Of a stretch of DNA of 64,000 bases, positions 14,302 through 27,549 are shown piece by piece. Each line of letters opens with the position of its first letter. Within the stretch, counting starts at the first letter, position 1. Where the stretch lies: positions 14,508,001-14,572,000 of the forward strand of contig OX597818.1 of assembly GCA_951406725.2 (NCBI GenBank), read 5' to 3'. A model generated the notes under the pieces. That model worked only from the letters and a program-made list of their open reading frames with translations. It was not told where the DNA came from and did not search any database. A program made the position numbers and the translations under genes. The stretch comes from Octopus vulgaris. Taxonomy: Eukaryota.

Positions 14302-14990
14302 TATTATTATTATTATTATTGTTATTATTATCATTATTATTCCAAATTTTCATTTCTACATTACATGAAGTTTCTATGTCTTTTCTCCTACTTATATCGA
14401 AAATTTTACCATTGTTATTTTTATTCGTATTTTCATTTGTTATCACAGTGCATTTCGTATTGTACTTTATCTCATAATTGTATCCAGCCTTCTTTAGTGC
14501 TATATTATAATTATCTTTGTGATCTTTGAAAACCTCTTCATTCGAAGAAAGGTAATTAATTCTTTTTTCAGTATTCTTACTACGATTCTCAGTAATATTA
14601 TATGGGTGATAACTATTAACATTTAAATAACTAATCTTAGAGTTTAGTTTTAAGGTTAAAGTGTACGTCTAGAAAGCTTACTGGGTTCTGTTCTTTTCCA
14701 GTCGGCATAGATAGTCCATAGATGCTAAAAATGCAAGCAATCTTCTTTTATATTTTTCCATTTTCCTGTTACTTATATTCCTTATAATAAATAGAGCGTC
14801 GTCACGGAAGAGTCCTCCTATTTCCAGAAATCTCTGATTAAATTTATGCAAGTGATACATTCCGACTAAGTCAGTTACTCGAGTCGAGTCTAGCGAGCCC
14901 ATTGCTATATCAAATACTCCAATTTGCTTAATTATCTTGCATAAAGAATCATTCAATTATTTCCTTTTATCATTTATCAATATATTGGTA
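13280..14990 (-). mobile_element. Degraded Penelope-like element (RT plus GIY-YIG)
   Basis: RT: FDIAMGSLDSTRVTDLVGMY...GGLFRDDALFII. Linker: IWIIIPFA...FNSKYIRFGFSVSPNL. Endonuclease: DPDRCKLHKDCRRKGVVYQATI...FYIGSTEHWVKFRIADHESTFR..STGLS. Confidence 0.88.
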
Positions 14991-15399
14991 TTTTAAAATC
15001 TTTTTCTCTGTTAGCTACCATGTGAGTGACAATAATGCGTCTGAAAGCGAACAAAAGAAAGTTACATAGGAAGTTTTCTTTTTACAACTCAAGATTGTTA
15101 GTTCGAAAATCTTAATGTTAGCTTATTATATTGAAAATCCACACTGTACTCCAGAGACATTAATGAAGATAAAGGAAGAATAAACTCTACTGAGGTCAGT
15201 CATGTGTCCCTACATTCTTGCCCTTATATGAGACTGTAGAAACTATATATGAAAGGAGGAGTTCAGCAAAAATCGCAACTAGGTGACATAATTCAAGAAT
15301 GTATTCCTCGATCCACAATTTTTATTAAAAGCAAAGTTGGCCACTTTTCAAAAAACACTTTATTTATGTACATATACTCATTGAGATAAGATCCAAAAC

Positions 15400-18260
15400 A
15401 GTAATAATGTTGACAGATATGACAGATGAATTAGAAACACACCGATTATCTTTTTCAAGAAATTTACAAATAAAACCAACAGAATATGAACGAGAGTAGC
15501 AAAAATGACTTCCAGAAAGAATATCTTTAGAAAAATTCAGAATGGATTAGAACTACTAAGAGCATTCAGAACTGAAGAGAAATATAAGACAATAGTTGAG
15601 GAAATGTTTATTGAATTCTCCAAGAAAGCAGAAGGAACGCTTTTTAAAAATATCTGTAAACCATTGAAGGAAGAATGTGAAGGCGAGGAAATTATTTCAC
15701 TCCATTGATTGGAGAGAAGTGATAATTGGTTTAGCAGCTACGAAGAAGAATTTCGAAACGAGTATTCTTTGGAGAATTCATTCATGAAGAAAACTAAAAT
15801 GTTTTATGCCGAAGTTGTAAAACAAACACAAAATAAGACAAATATTAGAAATTTACGACAGGTTGGTGGTAGAATTTTCTAAAGTAATAAAAATGTTTTT
15901 AAGTTTGAGAAATCGACCCCGGTACAGATTTACAACTAATTCAAGAAATAAAAGAAACTATTATCAAGAAGACAAGAATCTGAATCAAGGAATAATCAGT
16001 TTTGTAACGAGGGAAGAATGATTAGAAGAGAAACATGTTTAGAACTAAATACACCAGAATGAATTTCGAAAATAATTACAGAAGAAACAACTTTAGAAAC
16101 TATTATGATGATCACAATGAGTATAGAAAAATGTGACAAATCAAAAGTGCTACATCTTTTAGAGCCAACTGAAAGAAGGAAGATCAGACGGAACAGTTAA
16201 AACATGAGCAACCAAAACTAATAAATTTACTCAAAAACCATTAACATAACAACTGAACACACGTACAATGGGACTTAAATTATTAACTACATCATGAAAC
16301 TCAAACTACAATAAAATCAAACATGATATTTCAGACTTTTCCCGAAAATTAAACCTACAATATTGTTCGATAAAAAAAGCGATGGTGAATCTATATCAGG
16401 AATAGAAAACATATTATCCACGGAAAGACTAGAATAAAGAATTTTATAACTTTAATCTTATTCTATAAACATATTTAATCTACGATTTTCTACAAAATAA
16501 ATAGGATACATTCTAACATCAGTGCAACAGAATGGAGAAAATGCATTGAAAACCGATTTAATATATAGGAATCCGATATGGAGAATACAGTAATTGTAAT
16601 GGATATAAACTATGATAAAATCTTTGCGTTATCCATTTTTTAAGACACCAGTTTTTATGAATATATCAGCAATGATAAGCAACAGAAAATAAAACGAATA
16701 TTTCCTGTTCCTGTCAATTTAAAATGTAAAAGTCTAACAAATAGAAATGCGACTATATAACCAATTTTAAACACAAAAAAGAATATAGATTACCAAAATT
16801 TCACAAAAGTAAGAATCGCCATCTATTTGTTTAAATGTTCTTCGCCGAAATGATTTCAAATGAAGAACATTAACAGGTTCATCTTAAAAACTTCTTCAAT
16901 TGAGTAATTTTTATAAATATTAATGAAATATTTTCAGCATATGCAGACCTATATAAAAGGCAACTTTTATAGATTAAGTCACCTTCCATGTTTAGTGAAT
17001 GAAGAAATGTTTATAATTTTGTTTGATGTGTTTAACATATATTCAAATATACTGTGCATGAATATAGAATAGAAGCAACACACTTTTGGTTTCATGAATA
17101 TCCTCATGAATTATCAGACTGCAAAAAAAAAGGAAATTTATTATTGAGAGATTTCAAGTTTTTCAACAAAACATTTTAACTTCGACAACGCAATATGCAA
17201 TCAGATATTTGGAACAGCAGTAGGAATCAAATAAAATCCTAACGTGTGTAAATTTAGCTATGAGTTATCTAAAGATTAAATGTAAGAGAAATCTAAGTAA
17301 AAATAGGAGTTCCATTTTACACTTAATGGATAGGAAATTCGATAATTGTTATTTATCATGGAAACAAGATTTGGATGAACTCTAAGAAAGTAGTAATAGC
17401 AACCAGTTTACTGTGGTGTACAGCAACTATAAATTACTATTTTTAGATATAATCTTACCTTGCACTTCAACATACCACACTATAAATATTGAGGACTTTA
17501 AATATGTGTTTCTTTATTACCCACAAGGGGCTAAACATGGAGGGGACAAACAAGGACAGAAAACGAATTAAGTCGATTAATCGACCCCAGTGCGTAACTG
17601 GTACTTAATTTATCTACCTCGAAAGGATGAAAGGCAAAGTCGACCTCGGCGGAATTTGAACTCTGAACGTAACGGCAGACGAAATACGGGTACACATTTC
17701 GCCCGGCGTGCTAACGGTTCTGCCAGCTCGCCGCCTTAAGGACTTTAAATATAATTCATAAAAAGTCACCACTTTAACATGCGATACACAATTGAAAATG
17801 ATTTTTTGGAAACCATAACAAAAAAAAATGAAACAATAAAAGAATCGAAACTGAGACAAAAACTATTAGCAAATTCCCGAAGTATTTTTACTATCGTATC
17901 AAACCCGATAGTCAAAATATGACGAACAACAAATTTAAACACTTAAATAATTAATATATTTGATAAAGCAAATCTCGGAGCTCATCTGAAATCTTAGTTT
18001 ATGTCATAACATTCTGTTGCTGTGATGAAATTAACATTGACCAAATAAGCATGTCACTTAGAATGCGAATGATGGTTCGTTAACACCAAGTGTGTGATCA
18101 GCACACTTGGAAAACTCCACTCAGCAAATATTCAGACTAATGTACGCAACTCGGCAGTTGAATTTTGAACTTTTACCACTATGCCAGTTTGCCGAAATTA
18201 TAACTTAACAACGATATATAGAATATCCGTGTCTATTCAGGCAATTTTTTCGCCAATATC
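15400..18260 (+). mobile_element. Very degraded Penelope-like element of a second family, interrupted by a SINE
   Basis: Remnant motifs RLPKFHKSK (~16790; PLE YGLPKIHK), FGTAVG...NLAMSYL (~17210-17270; GTAMG) and a GIY-YIG-like LRMRMMV near 18060. Numerous stops and frameshifts. Confidence 0.6.
17506..17738 (-). mobile_element. Full-length family A SINE with 14-bp TSD
   Basis: TSD aggactttaaatat at 17492-17505 and 17739-17752. Head, gtcgactttgcctttcatcctttc core and ...gtgggtaataaagaaa tail are all present. Confidence 0.92.
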
Positions 18261-18266
18261 ATGTGT

Positions 18267-18520
18267 AATAAATAATAAATGTGCCCTTTTAAAGCCTAAC
18301 CAGGCTCATGGTCCCGGTTTCTATGGCGTATGTGTTCCCCAGCTGGATGGGACAGCAGTCCATCGCAGCGTTACTCATTTTTGCCAGCTGAGTGAACTGG
18401 AACAAAGTGAAATTAAGTGTTTTGCAAAAGGACACAACGCGTCGCCCGGTCCAGCAATCGAAAGCACAATCTTACAATAAAGGTGCTGACACCCTAACCA
18501 CTAATCCACGCGCATCCGCA
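18267..18520 (-). mobile_element. tRNA-derived SINE (family C, CORE/V-type central domain)
   Basis: Minus strand has a tagtggttagggtg head, gttgtgtccttttgcaaaacactt core and (ttta)-like tail. TSD aatatca(t/a)gtgt at 18255-18266 and 18521-18532. Confidence 0.75.
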
Positions 18521-19229
18521 AATATCAAGTGTGCCTATAAAACATAATTAACAGCAACAGAAGCAGTATTAATGTCAAAAGGTTATCTTTATCTCCATCT
18601 TAACTTCTATGTTGAGTCACAACGCAGAATGCTGCATTATTTACTTTGAGAGGACCTTTTATATTGAATTATGGGGCATAAAAACACTCGTATTTATATT
18701 GTTGACGGGCCAAAAGTTATATAAAACATGTATTTGCTTCGCTCCTCTTAAAGTATATTTGAACTATATATTGTTACCTCCCTTAATTATTAAGGCTTTA
18801 GGTTATTGTTACGCATTACAATTTTTGGTCGAGGTACCATGACATACTTAGGTGGAGTTTGATAGCTAGATATCAATTTCTAAAACTAGTTTGGCAATCA
18901 GTTACGACACTTGCATTTAATTTTAATTTTATTCATTTATATTTGTGAAAAATACCATCCTACAATTTTTTCAATATTTCAATGTACAAATCGTTGCCTT
19001 CCTTCTTATGTATTTATAACAAAGCTTGACTAAATCTACAGATAATTCTGTATTACCTAGTGTACCCATAATAGATTTAAGCTAGGGCTACAATTTGCTT
19101 CTGCTTGCTGTAGCACTAACACGGACTTTCACTAAAGCCGGGCAGGCTTTAATAATTAATTGTAAAATAATATTTTCATTTTCAATATCAGTATCAACAT
19201 AAGAAGAAATATATTTATCTCACACCCCT

Positions 19230-19540
19230 TTATGGATAATTTAATGTAATTTTAGGCTGTGGGAAAACGGGTAACGGATTAAGTTTACCACCGACGTAGA
19301 CCACAGAGTAATTTGAAATTAGAAAGGAACGAACTGGAAAAATGCCATAGGGCATCCGATTCACCTTGTTGCTGTTCCAACGATTTAGCTTCATGGATTG
19401 GTATAGCTTTATCGATCTTGAAATGATGCTAGGCAAAGTTAACGCTGGCAACATTTGAACTTAGATTGCCGAACGCCAGAAGAAATAATGCAAAACATTC
19501 AATACGACGCTCTAACGGCTCTGCAACTTCGCCCTGTCGA
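19230..19540 (-). mobile_element. Degraded family A SINE
   Basis: ttatcgatcttgaaatgatgctaggcaaagttaacgctggcaacatttgaact is a diverged match to the family A core. Confidence 0.55.
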
Positions 19541-19789
19541 TCAGCTTTGTCGGTTTGTAGTTTTTGTAATATTGTTATATCGCCAAGACGAAAAAATAAC
19601 AGACACAAATATCATCATAAACGCAAAAGTAGCAACAAATGACAAACCTCTCAGCAAATACAGAGGGAAGACCACACCCACACTTAGGGTATATGAATAC
19701 ACAATATCGCAGCGATAAATGCTCGATTTTTATAACTCATTTACTTGTTTTGAATAGTCTCTTCTTCATTCCCTCGACAGACATCATTT

Positions 19790-20290
19790 CAGTTGGTAGA
19801 TATATTCGGCGTTTCGTCCGTCCTTACTTTCTGAGTTCAAATTCCGCCAAGGTTGACTTTGTCTTTCATCTTTTCGGGGTCGATACAATAAGTACCAACT
19901 GATGTAACTTACTTAAGCCCCTCCCGCTAAATTACTGGCCTTGTGCTAAAATTTGAAACGAATATTTAGATAAATAAAGGCGGCGATCTAGGAGAATCGT
20001 TAGCACGCCAAGTAAATTGCTTAGCGACATCTCATCCTCTTTACGTTATCAGTTCAAATTCCATCAAGGTTGAGTTTATCTTTCATCCTTTCGAGGTCGA
20101 TGAAATAAGTACCAGTTGTACACTCAGATCGGTGGAATGGACTTGTCCCTCTCCTCAAATTTCAGGCCTCGTGCCCAAATTTGCAACTGATATTATACAG
20201 AGAACTCAAGACGGTGACTAGCAGAATCGTTTGCATGCCAAGGAAAATGTTGAATTGCATTTCATCGTTCCTTATAGCGTTGGGAGTATA
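19790..20290 (+). mobile_element. Head-to-tail array of three family A SINE copies or fragments
   Basis: gagttcaaattccgccaaggttgactttgtctttcatc (19833), ggcggcgatctaggagaatcgttagcacgcc (19979), gacggtgactagcagaatcgtttgcatgcc (20210). Confidence 0.75.
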
Positions 20291-20984
20291 TCGGCATATC
20301 GGCATATCCTCTTGTCTTTGCTTCCTTCTTCCTCCATCCATTTCTAAATTCCTTTCTCCACTTCCCTCCCTCACCGTTTTCTTTCTGTCTATCTCTCCTC
20401 TTTTTCCCTTTCTTTCTCGTTGCTCAAGCGTGACCATCGCCCATCTTTCTTTTCTTCGCATGACCATCTTTCTTTTCCTGCTCAGACGTCTACACGACTG
20501 GACATTTTTCTCTCTCTCTCTTCTATCATTTCTCTTTTTAAAAAATGTTTCTCCCAGCGTTCACTATTCTCCTTTCGTCCCGGTCTAACAAACCTCCTTG
20601 TCTGTTTTCGTTCGGTTTCCTTGTATGTCACTAATGTTATTTTTTGTTCCCAACTTTGACCCTCCATAAATCCTGAATTTTATTTAAGAATTTATGGGAG
20701 CTACTGTGTTTGAAGATGCATATTCTCGCTTGAATGCCCGGAATGAGGAGTAGATAGACAGCCAACAATTTATGATGGGTCCTTCTATGTTAACTTGTCC
20801 TGTTTTACACTTTTTTCATTATTTCGTATATATATACTTATATATATACAGACAGACATACATATATATATATATATATATAATTATATATACACGCATA
20901 CATACGTACATAGGTACACATAAGATATGTATGTGTGTATGTATGTTTGGATTTTTTACCTCCTTATAACTTATATGTTCAGTT

Positions 20985-21112
20985 AAAGATTACCGGGCTT
21001 TAAAGAAAAACTAAATACTGGGGTCGATTTATCCGACTAAATTTCTTCGAGATAGTGCCCCAGCATGGCCGTATTCCGATGACTGAAACAAGTAACAAAA
21101 CATGATAAAAGA
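20985..21112 (+). mobile_element. 3' part of a family B SINE
   Basis: tactggggtcgatttatccgactaaa...gtgccccagcatggccg...gactgaaacaagtaa matches the tails at 27790 and 39135. Confidence 0.7.
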
Positions 21113-21649
21113 TATACATACCAACATTTATTACCATGAAAAATTTCAATTTCTTAGCTCGGTGCATTCGTTACGGTTGAGTTAATCCTGCGGCAGTATA
21201 TTTTCGATGAAATACATTCTTTCTTTTATATTTTTTACGTAGTGAAGTTTCTTTGATTCTGTTGTTTGTTGTTTCTTTTTTTTTTTTAAGGATTTTGTTT
21301 TTCTTTTACTCAAGTAATGTTTATTGCGTATTTAAGTTTATTGTTGTCTTAGTTGTTGATATTTTATGTAGGATTATTTTTGGCAAGTATTTTAAAACAA
21401 CACTGTAGTTTGTTTTAACATTCAAAATAAAACTGTTGCCAAACTTATATAAAAGAAACTTTACCAATAATAAACAAACAGATATAGAAGCCAACGAGAG
21501 AGATTGTACGTAGTTACTTGCCGTTTTGAAAATAGTGAGTGATGTTAGAATTGGAAGGATACCTAAGGTGTGGTCACTTCTGGAATAGCTTTGGCCATAA
21601 GTGAGCTCAAGTAATATTTTACAACATCCATTCCTTTTTATTGTCTTCC

Positions 21650-22005
21650 ATATGCATGGCTGAGTGGATAAGAATTTGCTTCGTAAATACGTTGTTTAAG
21701 ATTTATTCACAATGCGCGAGACTTGGATCACATATTTTCTGCTATAACACCGGGTGGACGAATGCTTTATGAGTGAATTTGGTAGACGGAAATTATACGG
21801 ATTCCCATCGTATATCTGTATCTGTGTGAGAGAGAGCATTAGTGCTTCTGTTTACTCTCCTTCGAATGACAACTTAGCGGTTCGGTAAAATGAAAGTGAA
21901 TGAATAAGCACCAGGCTCTATTTATTCCATTAAAACCTTCAAGGCCATTCAAAGGCATACTTCATTATCAATGACTGAACTAAGTAATGAAGTAAACGTA
22001 TAAAA
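21650..22005 (+). mobile_element. Degraded family B (CORE-like) SINE
   Basis: tggctgagtggataagaatttgcttc head, gtgaatttggtagacggaaa, acttagcggttcggtaaaa and atgactgaa. Confidence 0.6.
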
Positions 22006-22136
22006 AGATTATATTAATATTTATGTGGTTTTATGACTCATCGAGGTCTCTCGCCTCATCTTACTTAATACATGACTTTATGTCGATAGTTGCAAAGTTA
22101 CAAACAGTGACTTTTTATGTCACCGATTTAATTGTT

Positions 22137-22504
22137 ATGTGTGCGTGTGTGTGTATATATGTGTGTGTATATATGTGTGTGTGTATATGTGAGTACATGT
22201 GCGTATGTCTGTGTGTATATATATGTGTGTCTGGGTATGTGTATATGTGTGAATGTATATGTATGATTGTGTATGTGTGTATATATGTGTGTGTATATAT
22301 ATGTGTGTGTATGTGTATATATGTGTGTGTGTATATATATATGTGTGTCTATATATATATATATGTGTGTGCGTGTATATATATATATGTGTGTATATAT
22401 ATATATGTTTGTGTATATATATATTTATGTGAGTGTGTGTGTGTATATATGCGTGTGTGTATATACGTGTGTGTGTATACATATGTGTGTGTATATATAT
22501 ATAT
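22137..22504. repeat. (TG)n/(TA)n compound microsatellite
   Basis: Directly visible. Confidence 0.97.
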
Positions 22505-23079
22505 CTACTATGATAGGTTTTTAATACAGTTAGTAAACACAAATTTAATCGCAAATACCCTTATCCTATCTACGTTTATGTATACTGAAAAACTGAGCCC
22601 ATTATTGCACATTATTGTCACCCATCTGATGCAAACTGAAAGAAATGGGCATATTTTTTGTTCGTATATAACATGCGTTATATAATTATATATTGATAAA
22701 TACAAAATGAAAGAGAGGTGAAGCAAGCAATGTAGATATATAACAGCAATTTAAACTTAGGATTATGAGATGGTAATGTGCATAAATACACAAATACGAT
22801 CCAACGACACTGTTTTCTCATACCTTCCAGATAATAGATATTTTTAATGAAATTTTCAACAAATACGCTTCAGATGGTGTAGTTCCCATTATGTCTGAAT
22901 TTGTTGTGAAAAACCTTTTTCTCGAGGGGAGTGTAAAGAGGCGTTTCAGAAAATTCACATGAATCGGATTTATGTCCTCATAACATTCGGAATAATGGGT
23001 ATTTCTAAAGAACACTTTCAATGTTCTAAAGAACACTTTCAATGTGTGCAGATTACGATTATATCGGAATTTAATATGA

Positions 23080-23432
23080 AAATAAATATTGGTGGGATAG
23101 CATACAACAGCTCACAGGAAATACCGTGATAGACGTTATAATCTGCGAGAAGGCACGAGCTACTTATGCTGATTTGCTGCTACAGACCTCAAGCACTTGT
23201 ACGGACGAGACATCGGACGAACCGTTTAAAGCCAGTCGGGGCTGGTTGAAGAATTTTAAAAAGAGGACCGGCATTCACTCCTTGCATGGTGAGGCAGCAA
23301 GCGCAAATATGAAAGCAGCTGGGGATTACCACAAAACCTTTGCCGGACTTATAGCAGTCGAAGGATACATCACCCAGCAAGTCTTCAACTGTGATGAGAC
23401 AGGACATTTTTGGAAGATGTCAAGGACTTATA
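23080..23432 (+). mobile_element. Tigger/pogo (CENP-B-type) transposase fragment
   Basis: ICEKAR...FKASRGWLKNFKKRTGI...HGEAASAN...QVFNCDETG, the CENP-B HTH and first catalytic Asp region. Confidence 0.88.
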
Positions 23433-24149
23433 GAATCACAAAAACATTAAAAAATACAACAAAAGACACTTAGCACAAACACACAGGACAGAAACGGAAA
23501 TAAAATTTTCCAAGTGATGTGCAAGACAGCATTAAAAATAGAGAGAAGAATTGCAAAACTGAAGGGAATTGTAAAAATAAATCTTGAAGAGGAGTACGTC
23601 AGAGACGAAGTGAAGTATATCAATCCACTGGGACCGGAGGTGGGAATTAAACTTCGCGCATCAATGATGGAGTACAAGGAGGTAAAATATGATAAAATGG
23701 TGACTGACATTTAATTTAAAGACTGCGTATAGACTTTGGTAAATCTTTTAAAAAGTGCCAACATTTGTAAACTTTTTTAACTTTAAAGTTTTAAGAAATG
23801 GAAAACCTTGTGGTCACATCGGTGCGGGACCGGGATGTCCTTTATCAACATCGTCTTCATTATGAAATACTTCATCCCATTCATCCTTTCATGTGTTTTT
23901 TGTCCCCGCATGCCTATGTATGTACCCTCTGTGTTTGGGCCTTGTGCCTCGAATAAAATCTATTTCATCATTTATTTTTATTATTTTATATATATAACTT
24001 TCATTTTTCATTCGTGTTGCGTTTTTGCCCCCACTGTGATGTTCTGTTTGTCCAAGTGCTGTCCCCTGTATGTTGTGGCCGTAGTGCCAAATAAAGAAAT
24101 TCAATGTGGTGTGTACAGGCGCTTTGTGAAGACAGTTGTAGAAATCGTT

Positions 24150-25093
24150 GAGAAGAGATATTGTTTGCTCAGTGTTGTTTTTGATTTCTATCTGTATTTT
24201 TATAACCTTGTTATAAGCCGACGTTATAAAGTGGCATATGCAATGAATTCGAAGAAGGGCGTAAGAGTGTCGGAAAGACACGACAGTATTCCTCATATAA
24301 GATGACAATGGGCCAATTTTTATCCCAAGCCATCAAGGAGAAAAGTCCACGCTACGAGGCTTTTCAACAAACTCAAGCATCTCCTCCAACCGATCATACT
24401 TTAGTTTTTCTCAGACGAGAAAAATTTCTGCCAGGAACAGTTGGCTTGCCGTGACCCCAAAACATACACCGAGAATGATAAAAATCAAACATCCAATCAA
24501 CGTTATGGTGTTCGGAATTATTACTAGTGAGGGCGACATTATGCTTCCATTCATCTTCCCACACGGCCTCAGACTCAACACGGAGGCCTACATCACGTAC
24601 CTACAGGGGGTAGTGCTGCCCTGGGTCAAGAGGATGGATGCTGGATGACCCTATGTCTGGCAACAGGACGTTGAACTATGCCACACAAGCAGGAGAACCG
24701 AGTTATGGCTGCAAACAATTTCTGCAACCACATCAGCCCTAACAACTGGCCACCTAACTCCCCAGACTGCAACCTCCTTGATTATTATGTGTGGGGCGCA
24801 GTTGAGCAAGAAGCCAACAATATTCCTTGTAATTCTAAAGATGAACTGAAGGTAAGGATTATGGCAGCATTCACCAACTTAAACAAGGAGACGGTCCAGA
24901 AGCGTTGCAGGAGATTCCGAAGTCGTCTGTAGGCCGTGATTGAAGCCAATGGCGATTTTATTGAATAAATTTACTCTTTAGTATTTCAAGATATTTTTAT
25001 CTAATTTTGACAGATATATCTGTTAAAATGAGATGTCAGAGTTATTTTCATTTTTGCGTTATTTAGACGACAATTTATTCACCGCACGCTGTA
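24150..25093 (+). mobile_element. maT (DD37D-like) Tc1/mariner remnant, internally deleted
   Basis: LVFFSDEKNF, KHPINVMVFGIITSEG, YVWQQD, WPPNSPDCNLLDYYVWG, CRRFRSRL*AVIEANGDFIE*. The 3' end gacaatttattcaccgcacgctg-TA looks like a TIR. Confidence 0.85.
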
Positions 25094-25237
25094 TATATAA
25101 GATATTGTAATGAAGAATGGAGAATAACAGATCTTCAAAATTTATTTATTATCGTAGAGTTTTCATATTCCGACACCTGTTTCTGCTGGATAAGTGTCCT
25201 TTGATACAAAGTCATATACATTTATTTAGTTGATATA

Positions 25238-25452
25238 AGGTAGCGAGCTAGCAGAGTCGTTAGCACGCCCGGCAAAATGCTTCGTGGTATTTTGTCTGTC
25301 TTTCACGTTCTGAGTTCAAATGCTGGGGTCGACTTTGCCTTTCATCCTTTCGGGACCGATAAATTAAGTACCAGTTATGCACTGTCGTCGATGTAATCGA
25401 CTAGTTCCCCGCCCCCAAAATTTCAGGTCTTATGCCTATAGTAGGAAGGATT
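25238..25452 (+). mobile_element. Family A SINE
   Basis: ggtagcgagctagcagagtcgttagcacgcc...gtcgactttgcctttcatcctttcggg. Flanked by the direct repeat tttatttagttgatata. Confidence 0.85.
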
Positions 25453-25529
25453 TATTTAGTTGATATATATATATATATATTCTTCATTTAAGCATAGTCT
25501 AAGTACTACCTTACAGGCTACTGTAAATG

Positions 25530-25690
25530 TGTGCGGCTAAATGGTCAAGTGGTCAGGGGTGTTCGGCTCATAGTCATAAGGCTACGGGTTCAATTCCTGG
25601 ATCCGACAGTGAGTTATGTTTTTGAGCGAAACATTTCATTTCGCGTTCGTTCAGTTTGATTAACTGTAATGAGTACAAGTTGGATGCTGA
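25530..25690 (+). mobile_element. Degraded family C SINE head and core
   Basis: tggtcaagtggtcagg (box A), ggttcaattcc (box B), ttatgtttttgagcgaaacatttcatttc core. Confidence 0.55.
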
Positions 25691-26157
25691 GCACACACCC
25701 CTCCCCCAGCTTTCATATCCTCAATGCTCTGCTGTAGAAAGCGTAAGAGAACCGAAATAGTATTGTCTATATCTACTTCCAACCCTTAGGTACCCAAAAC
25801 AGCTAGTGAAGGATGATATTTGTTGCCAGATCATACACGCTAGCGGGAGGCAGCTGGTTGTTCTTTGTACAGACTAGAGCTATATCCTGCTGCTCTTGCT
25901 ATTGCTAAAAATACAATTTCCAACAATAATTATTTGATGTATATCGTTCTCAGAGATCAAAAGAGACTATTTACAAATTACAAATACGTTCAACAACAAT
26001 ATTGTCAATCCTAAAGTACTCCAGAGTAAACTAATTCACCTCAATTACTCCTTCGACTTTCATTAACACCATTACAGTCCTCCTTTCCAGTTGTTTTTAT
26101 GTTCAAATGAATCGACGCCTATTTTTTGCTAGACTTCATAATATCAATATAGTCCAA

Positions 26158-26370
26158 AGCGGCGAGATGGCAGAAGCATTAGCACGCCGGGCGAAATGCT
26201 TAACGTATTTCGTCTGTCTTTACGTTCTGAGTTCAAATTCCACCGAAGACAACTTTCCTTTCATCTTTCCAGGACCGATAAATTATGTACCAGTTGCGTA
26301 CTGTATTCGATCTAATCGACTGCCCCCTCCCCAAACATTTCAGGCATTGTGCCTAGAGTAGAAAATAATA
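26158..26370 (+). mobile_element. Family A SINE
   Basis: agcggcgagatggcagaagcattagcacgccgggcgaaatg...gagttcaaattcc...ctttcatc. Confidence 0.8.
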
Positions 26371-27549
26371 TTAATATAGTCGACTCCAAGATTATTTTAG
26401 CTGGAAGTTTAGATTTTGTCCCAAACACAACTAAAACGATTCCATGCGATTTTTAATAGTTTTTGATACTTTTGGTTTGCTAAAAAAAAAAGCCCTACAG
26501 AGATGAGAACATCAGGTGGAAAATTTTTTAAATCGTGGAATAAGAAAATTTATTATGATAATAAGCACAGTTTTATAAGTAGTAGTTAAGCTGATTTAAG
26601 AATAAGCAGGCTGTCTTAAGATTAGAGTCTGTATCACATGTACAGAAATAGTATGTTTTCTTGTATTTCGAAGATTCTTATTGAATTTGAGTTTATAATA
26701 AGCTTGTTAAGGAAGATGAAAAGAATGTACAAGGCAGCAAGCAGAAATATAACAACTGTTACAACAACAGAAACAGAAGCAATAACAGCTGTGACAACAA
26801 CAAAACCAAACTGTTATGATAACGACAATGAAATACTTACAGTTTTTTTTTATTTTTTGGTGGGCGGGGTTCAAGATGTTTGTAGAAGATTCTGGATGTC
26901 AAAATTATTTGCGTTTCTATTGGTTTCAAGAAAGAACAAGTCTGATTTAATCCTATATGTAAAATTTTCTATATGCCGCGGGAATTACAGGTTTCAGTTC
27001 AATCTATTATTTCAGTTAAATTATCTTGAGAACTGAAACATGTTATAATTATAATTCTACACATTTCATAAGCTGGAGGATCGCGGAAGATATTTTCTCC
27101 TGAAGTGTAAATTCTTCTGGTCAGTTTCGATTCCTTCTTGAAAGCTATTTTTATTCTCTTATATAGTATCTATGAAAGCTAGCAAAAATAACCCATATGA
27201 GACAGATAAAAAATGCAAATTTCTGTTCAGTAAACACATCCCTTCAGTTTTCGACTTCAGAAGTTTAATCGCATAGGAAGAACAGCAGTGCCCATTATGC
27301 CTTTTTAGGGCTTCTGAGAATGGTGAGAAGGAGGAAGTACAGCATGTCAAAACTAAGGGCCTGGCAACAATGATTCCAGAAGAAGTGGACTCTACTAAAG
27401 GCACTGAAGAACCGGGTGATGGTATTACCGAATAACGAATAAAGTTTCCCACCAAGAACGCCAGTTGGGATTTGAACTCAGGGTCAAAAGATCTGGAGGA
27501 AATATCGTGGAACATCGTCTTTGATTGCCTATAAATATTTGATTAAACT

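Noticed and set aside
17506-17738. tRNA genes suggested by box A/B motifs in SINE heads
   Set aside because: No cloverleaf, and they continue into SINE bodies with TSDs.
23002-23045. 21-bp tandem duplication ttctaaagaacactttcaatg
   Set aside because: Ordinary slippage duplication with no further structure.
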